Part shown: in pieces, positions 53,815 to 64,000 of the stretch
How the letters are laid out: the number at the start of each line of letters is the position of its first letter
Numbering within the stretch: the stretch's first letter is position 1
Assembly: GCA_963833985.1 (NCBI GenBank)
Contig: CAWIAD010000002.1
Coordinates: forward strand, 5,120,001-5,184,000
Reading direction: 5' to 3'
Length of the DNA: 64,000 bases
DNA from: an uncultured Planctomycetaceae bacterium
Lineage (GTDB): Bacteria > Planctomycetota > Planctomycetia > Isosphaerales > Isosphaeraceae
The notes under the pieces: model-generated
Told to the model about the DNA's origin: nothing
The model's database searches: none
Seen by the model: only the letters and a program-made list of their open reading frames with translations
Program-made: the position numbers and the translations under genes

Positions 53815-56100
53815 ATGCTCAGGCGACGACATCTCATTCCCTTGCTGGGATTGCTCACCTTCTTGAGTGCAGAGGAACAGGCCCTTGCCCAGCGTGGCAG
53901 GGGTGGAGCTCGGCCTGGAGGTGGTGGCGGGGGCATGGCTCGGCCTGGAGGCGGTGGCGGGGGCATGGCTCGGCCTGGGGGCGGTGGGATGACAAGACCC
54001 GCCATGCCCCAGAGCCGGCCGGCCATGGCGCGACCGTCCATGCCCCAGAACCGGCCCAATTCGGGCGGTATGACGAGACCTGCCATGCCTCAGAACCGGC
54101 CGAACACCGGTAACGTGCAACGGCCAACCTTGCCAAACTCTCCGGGAGGAGGCGGTGTTCCGAACCGTCCTGGACCGGGTGGCGGCGCCGGGCGGCCCAC
54201 GCCATTGCCCGGTCAACCCGGCGGTAACAGGCCCGGCGGCGGGGGCGGCCTTCCCGGAAATGGCGGCAACAGGCCCGGCGGTGGGGGCGGCCTTCCAGGA
54301 AATGGCGGCAACAGGCCCGGCGGTGGGGGCGGCCTTCCCGGAAATGGCGGCAACAGGCCCGGCGGTGGGGGCGGCCTTCCCGGAAATGGCGGTAACAGGC
54401 CCGGTATCGGCGGAAACTACCCCGGCAACGGTGGCAACCGGCCGGGAATCCCTGGCAACAGGCCGGGCGGTGGCAACGTCCCGGGCAACGGCGGGAACTG
54501 GGGCAACCGACCGCCTTGGGGGAACGGAAACAACTGGACCAACAACCGGCCCGGTGCTGGAAACGGTGGCAACCGGCCCGGTGTCGGGAACGGTGGCAAC
54601 TGGGGGATCGGCAACGGAGTCGGAAACGGCAGCGGCAACGGCAACTGGGGTATTGGCGGCGGTAACAACATCGGCAATACGGTCATCAACAACAATGGCG
54701 GCCGGGGCGGTGGCCGGTTCAACTCCGTTTCCAGCAACGTCGTTAATAATAATATCACCAATGTGAATGGGGGCTGGGGCGGCGGTTACCGTGGGGGCTG
54801 GGGCGGCGGATACCGTGGGGGCTGGGGCGGCGGTTACGGCTCGCCGTACTATGGCAACTGGTACCGCGGTGGCTGGGGCGGAAACGGGTTCTGGGCCGGA
54901 TTTGGCACCGGAGCACTGACCACCTTCGGTCTGGGCTCGCTCGGCTCCGTGCTCGGTTACGGAGGTTACGGCTATGGCTCTGGGTATGGTTACCCCGCTT
55001 ATTACTCCGGCTATGGCGTTTATGACTACTTCCCGACCTGGGGCATGAGCAACTATGCCGGCTGGGGACTCGGCTCGGTGGCCAGCAACTGGCTCTACAG
55101 CGGGTACACCAACCCGTACAACACTGTTGTTGTCGCGGCTCAGCCCGCCCAGACCACCGTGGTGTACGACTACTCGCAGCCGATCAACATCGCCGCATCC
55201 GCTCCGAATCCGGCCACGGAGTCCAGCACCGACCAGGTCTTTTCCGCGGCGCGTGACTCCTTCCAGGCGGGCGACTACCAGCGCGCTCTGGACTTGACCG
55301 ACCAGGTTCTCAAGGAGACACCGAACGTGCCCGTCGTGCACGAATTCCGTGCGCTCTGCCTGTTCGCGCTGAAACGGTATGATGAGGCCGCGTCGGTGAC
55401 CTATGCCGTGCTCTCGGCCGGACCTGGCTGGAACTGGTCCACCCTGGTCGGCCTCTACCCGGACGTCGACACCTACACGAACCAGCTTCGAGCTCTGGAA
55501 AGCCTGGTGAAAACGAACCCGAACGCACCCTCCACGCAGTTCTTGCTGGGCTACCACTATCTGGTGGAAGGGTACAAGGAAGCGGCCGCCAGCCAGTTCG
55601 AGAAGGTGACCCAGCTTCAGCCGGGCGATCAGCTCTCGGCATCGTTCGTCAAGGCATTCAAGAAAGCCTCGGAGCAGCCCGCGAGTCAGCCGGCCGCGCT
55701 CCATGTTGCCGCGGCCGGCCAGCCCGCAGCCCCCTCTGCTCCGGGACAGTCCAGTGCACCGGCCCCAGCGCCGCCGGCAACAGCGGAGCAGCCCGCCCAG
55801 CCCGAGCCTCCCCCACCTCCTCCGGCCAGTCTGGTCGGCACATGGAAATCTCAGCCTTCACCAGACGTCTCCATCGTCCTGACTCTTCAGGCCGATGGCC
55901 AGTTCGCCTGGGACGTGGACACCAAGGGGCAAAAGCAAACTTTGACCGGCCAGGCCGGCTACAGGGACAACACCCTGGCGCTCCTCCAGGAAGAGGGCCC
56001 GCCGTTGGTCGGCAAGATCACCGAGGAAGGCGGATCAAAGTTTGTCTTCACGCCAACCGGGGCAATGAAGGCCCCCGGGATCACCTTCACCAAGTCGTGA
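53815..56100 (+). CDS. Exported Gly/Asn/Tyr-rich low-complexity protein with TPR domain
   Basis: Signal peptide ending ALA|Q; RPGGG/GNGGN/GGWGGGY repeats; YDYSQPI, HEFRALCLFAL, GPGWNW, FLLGYHY. Confidence 0.82.
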   Translation: MLRRRHLIPLLGLLTFLSAEEQALAQRGRGGARPGGGGGGMARPGGGGGGMARPGGGGMTRPAMPQSRPAMARPSMPQNRPNSGGMTRPAMPQNRPNTGNVQRPTLPNSPGGGGVPNRPGPGGGAGRPTPLPGQPGGNRPGGGGGLPGNGGNRPGGGGGLPGNGGNRPGGGGGLPGNGGNRPGGGGGLPGNGGNRPGIGGNYPGNGGNRPGIPGNRPGGGNVPGNGGNWGNRPPWGNGNNWTNNRPGAGNGGNRPGVGNGGNWGIGNGVGNGSGNGNWGIGGGNNIGNTVINNNGGRGGGRFNSVSSNVVNNNITNVNGGWGGGYRGGWGGGYRGGWGGGYGSPYYGNWYRGGWGGNGFWAGFGTGALTTFGLGSLGSVLGYGGYGYGSGYGYPAYYSGYGVYDYFPTWGMSNYAGWGLGSVASNWLYSGYTNPYNTVVVAAQPAQTTVVYDYSQPINIAASAPNPATESSTDQVFSAARDSFQAGDYQRALDLTDQVLKETPNVPVVHEFRALCLFALKRYDEAASVTYAVLSAGPGWNWSTLVGLYPDVDTYTNQLRALESLVKTNPNAPSTQFLLGYHYLVEGYKEAAASQFEKVTQLQPGDQLSASFVKAFKKASEQPASQPAALHVAAAGQPAAPSAPGQSSAPAPAPPATAEQPAQPEPPPPPPASLVGTWKSQPSPDVSIVLTLQADGQFAWDVDTKGQKQTLTGQAGYRDNTLALLQEEGPPLVGKITEEGGSKFVFTPTGAMKAPGITFTKS
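54220..54405 (+). repeat. 42-bp coding tandem repeat x4 plus partial (GGNRPGGGGGLPGN)
   Basis: Near-identical units; the same gene has 30-bp repeats at 53908-53991 and 24-bp repeats at 54769-54837. Confidence 0.92.
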
Positions 56101-56145
56101 CGGTCTGGCCTTCGCGTCTGCCACAGGGCCCGCCGGTGGCTCGAT

Positions 56146-57057
56146 TTACTTCGATGCCGCCGGCGGCAGGATCTGCCGGTCCCGCAGCCAGTCCGCACAG
56201 CGATCGGGCCACGTGCAGGAGGGATGGGCGCTGGGGCGAAGGCCGAAGCCGTGGCCTCCCGAGGCGTAGATGTGCAGTTCCGCGGGAACCTTGGCGCCCT
56301 TGAGTGCCAGGAACATCTCCACGCTGTTCTTGCAGCTCACGGGATCGTCGGCGGCGTGGGCGAGGAACATCGGAGGCGTCGTAGAGGATACATGGTTGAT
56401 CGGGCTGGATGTGTCGCCCTTTCGATCCATGCCGCCAGGGTAGACCAGTACCGCGAAGTCGGGACGGCAGCTCACCTTGTCCACGTCGTCACTCGCCGCG
56501 TAGACGCGGTCGTCACTGTGTGTGGCCGCCCAGGCGCTGAGGTGCCCGCCGGCCGAGAAGCCGAGGATGCCGATCCGTTTCGGATCAATGCCCCATGCGC
56601 TGGCGTTGCTCCGCACCAGGCTGAGCGCGCGCTGGGCGTCCATCAGGGCCTGGATCGGAGGCTGTTCGCGCGGAGTGCCCTCGCGCCGGGGCACGCGGTA
56701 CTTGAGCACAACACCCGTCACACCGATCGAGTTCAGCCAGGCCGCGACCTCCTCGCCCTCCAGGTCGAACGCGAGAATGTTGTAACCGCCGCCCGGGCAG
56801 ATCACCACGGCCACGCCGCTGTCCTTCTCACGCGCCGGCCGGAACACCGAGAGCGTCGGGTGCGTGATGTTCGTCAGTATCTTGATTGGCTTGTCACCGG
56901 GTTTCTGTTCGACAACCTTCTCGGCGCCCATCGAGCCGGTCTCGCCGGGCGGATTGCCGGGCCACACATCCAGTGTCAGCGCCGGCTCGTTCGCTGTGGC
57001 TGTGATCGCCCATCCAATGCAGAGCAATGTGGCGGCAAGGCGTAAGCATGTTCGCAT
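56146..57057 (-). CDS. Secreted alpha/beta hydrolase (acetyl/xylan esterase-like)
   Basis: Signal peptide, CPGGGY, GFSAGGH nucleophile elbow, DDPV, GGHGFG. Confidence 0.88.
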   Translation of the reverse strand: MRTCLRLAATLLCIGWAITATANEPALTLDVWPGNPPGETGSMGAEKVVEQKPGDKPIKILTNITHPTLSVFRPAREKDSGVAVVICPGGGYNILAFDLEGEEVAAWLNSIGVTGVVLKYRVPRREGTPREQPPIQALMDAQRALSLVRSNASAWGIDPKRIGILGFSAGGHLSAWAATHSDDRVYAASDDVDKVSCRPDFAVLVYPGGMDRKGDTSSPINHVSSTTPPMFLAHAADDPVSCKNSVEMFLALKGAKVPAELHIYASGGHGFGLRPSAHPSCTWPDRCADWLRDRQILPPAASK

Positions 57058-57175
57058 TATTCCAGGTCCTTTCCAGGAGGCCGCAAGAGTGATGACGGAT
57101 GGCAACGTCAAGAAGTCGATGCCATGCCTGATGATCTTACGCCCGCCATTCCCCATCTGCCATTGTTGATTTATC

Positions 57176-60100
57176 TCATGGGCGCGCAGGTGTGGGGCGC
57201 TCGGCGTTGACTGAGGCCGTGGTGTTTCCAAGCATGTGAATGGTGTTATGAATGGCGCCGTCCACGGGCTGGCCCCCCTTGCCGCGGATGTGATACGTGA
57301 TCTCCATGCAGCGTGTCGGCTGGATGTCTGGGATCTTCAGGAAGACGGTCTGCCTGTCGGCCGACAGGCTAGCCCCCGCAACCTTGAGCGGCCGCTCGTC
57401 ATGATGGTCCGAGCCGTACTCGACGGTTCGCTTGATCGTCCAGATCCGGGCCGTATAACGCGCGGCGTCGCTGGCCGTCTCGGTGTCCAGCGGCTCCGTG
57501 AAGCAGAGACGCAGACCGTCCTTGCAGGCGCTCAGCCCAACGGGCAGGAACATGGGCTTGCCGGTGGCACGCACGCGATAGAAACCGCCGGGCTCTGTCT
57601 GGTCGCCCGCCCACCCAAAAAGGCCGCATGTGTAGAGCTCACCATTCCCCGGGTGAAATCGCCCGCGCATCACGCCAGTGGGGAACCGTGGCAAGGGCAG
57701 GGCGCACTCTCCCCCCTGCATCTGTCCCGCGACGATCTCGTGCGGCACCACGAAGATCTTACCGTAACCGTATGAGAGGCAAAGGAGCCGACCGGCCAGC
57801 GGATTCCAGGCCGGGTTCCGGGTCTCGACCCAGAGCAGCTCAGCCGGGGAACGGTCAAAGGCGTTGGTGATCCAGCAGACGGGCTGCTCCATGGCCGAGT
57901 CGGCAGTGTCGGTCACATCCGTGAAACCCCACATGTTCCCGTAAAAGCCGTTGCGTTTCACCCAGTTGATCCGGTTCTTGGGGGTCCAGAATCCTTCCTG
58001 GTCGGAAAGGAAGAACGTGCCGTCGCGGTTCAGGCAAACGCCATTCGGTGCGCGGAATCCTGTGGCCAGGATCTCCGTACGGGAGCCGTCCTTGCTCACC
58101 TTCAGCAGCGTGCCATGGTGCGGCACCAGCGCGGGCAAACCGTGACGTGCGGCCCTGGCATAGTAAAAGTTGCCCTCCGCGTCGGTTTGCAAATCCATGG
58201 CGAATTCATGGAAATGCTCGGTCACCTGGTGATCGTTATTGAAATTTTCATAGAAATCAGTTTCCCCGTCATCGTTCAGGTCACGCAGCCGGACGATCTG
58301 GTCGCGACAGCAAACGTAAATGGCTTCGTCAACGACCTTCAGCCCCAATGGCTGGAACAAACCCGAGGCGATGCGCCGCCAGGTGAGTCCCTTTTCCGGG
58401 CGATCAATTCCATCGGCCAGCCAGACGTCGCCGTCCCATGTGCAGACCGCGGCGCAGCGCCGCGCTCGAAAAAGTCGAACCCGGAAAGCCGCAACTGGCA
58501 GAGCCACGGGTTGCTGCTGGGCACTGGCAGCAGGTCGACGGCGAACGGCCCGTCATCGCGGCCGATCACGGCCTTTGCCGGCAAGCGCTCGGGCCAGCGC
58601 GGGACCGCCATGGGTGAAGCGCGACAGGTCCTCGGCCGGCGCTGATTGACGCGCCAGCTGCGCCAGGTGCAGAGGCTCTCCGCTCGAGAGCAACAGCTTG
58701 AGCTTCAGCGGGGTGGCGGCAGCCGGGATCTCGAGCTCCCGCCAACCCTCGTCATAGGTCAAGCGGGCCCCGCCGCGGGCCGCTGCCTCATCCACCGCGA
58801 CAGCCGTTCTTTCGGAGGCCGCACGCAACCTGAGCGGGTGCGGCGAGCGACCGATGTTCAGAGTCCGTGTGAAGACAGCCGGCGCACAGGCCGCAAAGCC
58901 TGCTCGATTCCGGGCGATTCGAGAATCTCCGCCTGGCCGACCGTGTAGTCCAGGACCATCCGCCCGGCATGCTGGTAGAGCCCCCGGTAATGGACCCAGG
59001 CACGCGGCAACGGGCCATAGCTGCGTCCGTCGCGGCCGCGTAGGCGGAGATCGTCAAAGCGGCCGTCCTTCGGGTTTGCCCAGGCCGGCACATCCGGATT
59101 GGAGAACTCGACCTTGCCGGTGATCCGAGGGTGTACCTGGTGCACGCCATTGAAGTTAATGCCGTTCCAGTCGATGAAGCCCTGTCCCGTCCATGCGGCC
59201 GCGAAACGCATCGTGTCCTGGTTGTAGACCACCCAGGCATGCCCGCGCGAGATGCCGCCGGGCCCGGGATCGACCCGCAACGCGATTCCCTTGTTCGCGA
59301 TGTTCGAGCCGTCCCCCGCGCTGATCTCGTAAGTGGCCATCAAGCTGGGCCCGTAATCCATGGTCATCCATGGCTGGATCTCGACCGGATCGGCGCCCCG
59401 GCTTGTTCCCTTCGGCAGCCGTGCGAGGTAAACCGGATCGACGCTCGTGAACTGGCCGGGATTGTAAGGCTTGAGGAAGGCCTCGCGAATGTAATGGATC
59501 ACGTCATACTTCTGCCTGGGAACCATCCAGGTCTGCGGCGTCATCTGGCCGAAGCCGAGCGTGAGCGTGCGGTACATGCTGAACGGGTCCGAACCATTCT
59601 TGAAGATGCCCGTGGCGAAGCGCAGCGAGGTCGGCAATGAGCCGAGCCGGTCTTTTGTCCCATGGCAGTTCGCGCAGACGCGGTTGTAAATGGCCTCGCC
59701 GCGTGCGCTGCTGCGCGCATCCAGGCCGCTGATGAGGCCGGCATGGTCGATCTCGCGTTCCGACTCCGGCAAGGGTGCGACGGCCACGAGCGATGGATCA
59801 GGCTGCAACTCTTTCGCCCGGGCCGGTCCCTTCTCGGCGATCTCCATCACGTACCGCACCAGGTCGAGGAATTGCTGCCGCGAGCTCAGGTTATTCGCCA
59901 GACCCATGGGCATGATCGAGACGCCACCGTCCTTCCGCTCGTCGATCTGTCTCCTGGGAACGGTGACCATTTTCCCATCCTGGGCGGGGTCGCGAAGCAC
60001 GACCGCATCGGTCCGATCCTCGGCAAGCAATCCCGTGAGAGTCCGGCCGTCCTCGAGGCTGATCGTGACGGTCTCGAAACCCTTCTTGATCGTTCTGGAT

Positions 60101-60389
60101 GGTTCGAGGATCGACTCGACGATGTAAGCATCAGTCACATCCTTGCTCGCTGTCGCCAGATCCGGACCAAGCGCAGGAGCACCGCTCGCGCTCGTATGGC
60201 ACTTCGTGCAGGTCAGCGAGGGCTGATAAAACAGGGCGGCGCCGCGTCGAGCCTCGCCCAGCTTGCGGGCGTCGCGCGCAGCGCCGCGGGATCTTCACTG
60301 CGCAGCCTGGCGTCGAGCGCACCGGCTGCCAGATCCCCGGATGCCTGCGCCGCCAGCACCAGGCCCATCGCGATCTCAAGAAAACTCAC
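57176..60389 (-). CDS. Large secreted di-heme c protein with DUF6797-like and propeller-like domains (frameshifts ~60280, ~58890, ~58602, ~58470)
   Basis: CTKCH (60196-60210), GPDL, ESILEPS, SIMP, CANCH, MDYGP; C-region ASGLFQPLG, TGFRAPNG. Confidence 0.72.
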
Positions 60390-60551
60390 GGTCTGGTCTC
60401 CCCGGCTCTCCGCCACACGCGGTCGAATTCTCGCCAGGTGCCATTCTACAGGCTCGGGAATCGCCTGTCTCAAGGAACCGAATTCCGCGCCCATCGTGGA
60501 AAATGGAAGAAAGTTGCAGCATTCCCGCCTTCCTGGGGAAACTACCTGGAG

Positions 60552-63500
60552 ATGATGACCGGGTCTGCGGGAGACGTTGGGATGGCGAGCGCACCGATCA
60601 GCGATGTCTGCACGCATCTTGAGACGCTCTTTGACCACGGGGTCCTGGGCAGTCTGCCGGATGGCCAGTTGCTGGATCGTTTCATCCGGAGTGAGGACAC
60701 GCAGGCCGAAGCGGCGTTCACGGCCCTGGTGCTGCGTCATGGTCCGATGGTGACACGCGTCTGCCTGGGCGTTCTGGGTGATCTTAACGATGCCGAGGAT
60801 GCCGCCCAGGCGGTGTTCCTCGTGCTGGCACGCCGCGCCTCTGCGGTTCGCCGGCACGAGTCGGCGGCAAGCTGGCTCTACGGCGTCGCCCGGCGGATCG
60901 CGGCCCGGGCACGGCGCGACGCCGCCCGGCGGCGCAAGCACGAAATGCGGAGGGCCGAGATGGCGCGGCAAAGCATCGAAGATCAAGACTCCAGCCTGAG
61001 CTGTGACGAGATCCATCAAGAGATCGACAGGCTGCCGGCCATTTACAGGGCGCCCCTGCTGCTCTGCCATCTGGAAGGCCTGTCGCACGAACAGGCTGCC
61101 GGCCAGCTTGGCTGCCCGCTCCGGACGCTCCAGAGCCGGTTGCTCAGGGCGCGGGCACGGCTGCGCGAGCGGCTCATACGGCGGGGCGTCCGTCTGCCGG
61201 CGGTTTTCCCGCCCTTGCTGAAACCGGTGACACTGCCGCGCGCCTGGATCGAGGCCACGGCGCGATCCGCCAGGCCGTTTGCCCTGTGCGAACCCGCCTC
61301 GCCAAGCGCGCTGGCGGCTTCGCGAGCGGCTGTCGCTCTCGCCCAGAGAGCCCTCCGTTCCGCGCTGATCGCGCCGCTGCTGGCGTCCGCCTCGATCGTT
61401 TGCGCCGCGGCGTGCACCCTGGTGCTGGCGGTGATACTTGCGCGTGGCGGACTGGCCGCCAGCTCAGCGACCGCCCAGGCCCCAGCTCCCTTGAATCTCG
61501 TGCCACTCCCGCCCCCCCGCGAAGATGACCCGGAAAATCGCGTGCTCGAGATTCAGATTGTGGACCGGCAATCCAGGGCGCCGGTGGATGGAGTGGCGAT
61601 CACCGTCGAAACGGACACCGGCGCGAGACGGCCTCGGAGGCGATGTGCGATTGCTGACGCGAGACACGACAGACAGAGAAGGGAAATGCCGCATCGCGTT
61701 CCCGCAGGTCTTGCCCAGGCGCGCCTACATCACGGCACGGAAAGCGGGCTACGCCGTCCGCGCTTACTCGCCCTTGCAAGAGACGGGCGGCCGTGCCCTG
61801 CCGCGGGCTCATACGATGGAACTGGAGCACGGAGTGACGATCGGCGGCATCGTGAAGCGCCGGGACGGTCGTCCCATTCCCGGAGCTACCGTCACCATCA
61901 TGGCCCGCGCCGGTGCCGATGCCTCGCCGGATTACAGCTATGTGGATTATGAGAACGTCACGACCGACGCCAGCGGCCACTGGATCTTCGGTGCCATGCC
62001 CCTGGGCTGGAGCTTCGTTTCTGTAAGCGTCAGTCACCCCGACTACGTCGCCACGTTCATGCAGCGCGACACGCCCAGGCTGAGCGACTTCGACCTCAAG
62101 GCGCGCAAGGCGCAGATCATCCTCGACGAGGGAGTCGCACTCTCCGGCCGCGTGCTGGACGATCAGGGACGGCCCATCGCCGGAGCAACCGTGGGTCTCG
62201 GGGCCGACCGCCGGATCGGCAATCGCGGATGGCCCAGCGTGACCACCGATGCCGACGGCGGGTTCCGGTTCGGTCACGTGCCTGCCGGCACACAGACCGT
62301 GACGGCCATGGCGCCGGGCCGCGCCCGGAGCTGGCCGATGTGGTTGCCGCGGCGAACAGGAAGCCCGTGGAGTTTCGACTCGGGGCCAGCCATACCCTGC
62401 GCGGGCGCGTCGTCGACCGTGACGGCAAGCCGCTAGAAGGCGTGACCGTCCAGGCCATGAACTGGCGGGGGCACATGTCACTCGACTGGACCACGAAATC
62501 CGATGCGGAGGGACGTTTTGTCTGGGACTCGGCGCCGTGGGATCTCATTCTTTGCACCCTGACGAAGCCCGGCTTCGTCATGGCCGGCCAGCGCGAATTC
62601 CGGGCGGGACCGAATGAGATGCTGGTGACCATGTATCCCCCATTGCGAGTCCGCGGCAAGGTCGTGGACGCGAAATCAGGACAACCCATTCCGCGATTCA
62701 CGGTGGTGGACGGCAATTACTACCGATTCTCCAACCGGGATGGAAAGCTCGGTCAGGTCAACTGGGATCGGGGTGGAATGGTACGGAACTTCACCAAGGG
62801 TCATTACGAGGCCGAGTATGCACACCCGCTGGTCGCTGCGGTTGCCGTGCGTATCGAAGCCGAAGGCTACCTGCCGGCGACCTCCGAACCGTTCAAGATG
62901 GAAGCCGGTGATGTGAGCTTCGACGTGAAGCTGGAGCGGGGCTCCGGTCCCTCCGGCGTGGTTCGCGGTCCCGATGGCCGGCCCCTGGCCGGCGCCACGG
63001 TCGTGCTCTCTACCCGGTCGCTGCGTGCCCAGCTTTACAATGGCAAGTTCCATGAGACGGGTTATCCACAGGTGATCACGGGCCGTGACGGACAGTTCAG
63101 CTTTCCCGCCCAGACCGAGCCTTACCGCCTCTTTACCTATCACGAAAAAGGCTTCGCGGAAGCGGACCAGAAAACGTTCATGGAATTGCCCGACCTCACG
63201 CTCCATTCCTGGGGACGGGTGGAGGGGACCGTGAAGATCGGTGCGCGGCCGGCCGCGGGGGTCCAGGTGAGGCTGAACGAAATTGACGGCGGAGGCCCTG
63301 CCGACGTGGCCCTGCCGATCACCCAGGCTCAGCAGCAAAGCTCCGATTCCCGCGGGCACTACGCCTTCGAACACGTGATTCCCGCCGAGCTTTCGGTGAG
63401 CCGGCTCTTCACGCTTGATCGGTCGGTCCACCACGTTGGTACGGGCGAGTGGCGGGCGATCAAGGTTGAGCCGGACAGGACGACGTACGTGGATCTGGGT

Positions 63501-63941
63501 GGGACAGGACGGCCGGTCATCGGCAGGTTCGTTCTTCCTCCGGGCATCAAAGCCGGCGCGGTGTTTCCTTACTTCTTCCAGACGCTGACCAGGATCCTGC
63601 CCGATCCGCCGTACCCCGAAGGTCTGAGCGAGCAGGATCGCCAGGCCTGGCTGGTGCAATGGACGACAAGCGACGCGGGCAAGACTTATGAGCGGTCCAG
63701 GCGAACCTACGACACGAACGTTCGTGCCGACGGCCTCTTCCGTGTCGAAGATGTTCCCGCGGGCAAGTACGAGATTCAGGCCGTGGTTCACGAACCTGGA
63801 GACGGCATCCCCGGCAACTACGGTCCCATGCTGGCAAAGATCTCCAGGGAGATCACCGTGCCGGAGATGCCTGGAGGCCGCTCCGACGAGCCGCTGGATC
63901 TCGGCAGGATCGAGCTTGAGCCTGTCAAACCCGGCCGTTAA
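60552..63941 (+). CDS. ECF sigma factor fused to a TM segment and repeated carboxypeptidase-regulatory-like domains (frameshifts ~61628, ~62322)
   Basis: DGQLLDRF, RHGPMV, DAEDAAQ, LGCPLRTLQSRL; repeated GRVxDxxGRPIAGATV and TDADGxF modules. Confidence 0.85.
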
Positions 63942-64000
63942 GCCCGGATGACGGACCGAGTCCGGGAGCCTCCGGGTTGACTCGCCGGAAGCTCTCGGCC

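Noticed and set aside
54220..54405. 42-bp repeats as a CRISPR array
   Set aside because: Contiguous units with no unique spacers, in frame within a protein, and no cas genes
53110..55704. 864-aa minus-strand ORF and other long antisense ORFs (2598..4187, 14750..16105, 33590..34996, 26466..27575)
   Set aside because: Shadow frames of well-supported opposite-strand genes in GC-rich DNA; no motifs

Overview
GC-rich bacterial chromosome segment, most likely a planctomycete of the Isosphaeraceae type. This is inferred from gene content: DUF1559 and carboxypeptidase-regulatory ECF sigma fusions, an ECF/Ser-Thr kinase pair, DUF3500 and membrane-anchored sulfatase-fold paralogs. It holds about 45 genes. 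A conserved core (lctP, hpf-ptsN-ptsH-ptsI, TIGR03936-rne, hemB-Rpn-hemL) is flanked by accessory envelope, regulatory and redox genes. No rRNA, tRNA, CRISPR array or integrase was seen. About 16 apparent frameshifts break 10 genes, all at or beside GCGC, and are probably long-read errors. Most notable: (1) a ~500-nt gene-free interval (16.85-17.36 kb) that folds on the + strand into a multi-helix RNA behind a TACAAT -10 box, a candidate undescribed large ncRNA; (2) a tightly spaced five-gene cassette (37.4-39.7 kb) of a Pro/Thr-rich secreted protein, a papain-like Cys enzyme and small holin-like proteins, phage-like but without phage context; (3) an Rpn-family gene between hemB and hemL with an internal SD+ATG for a candidate intragenic antitoxin; (4) an RNase E/G with a ~610-aa charged disordered insertion in S1; (5) an exported prion-like Gly/Asn/Tyr-TPR protein. 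Family assignments come from motif recognition by eye; no searches were run.
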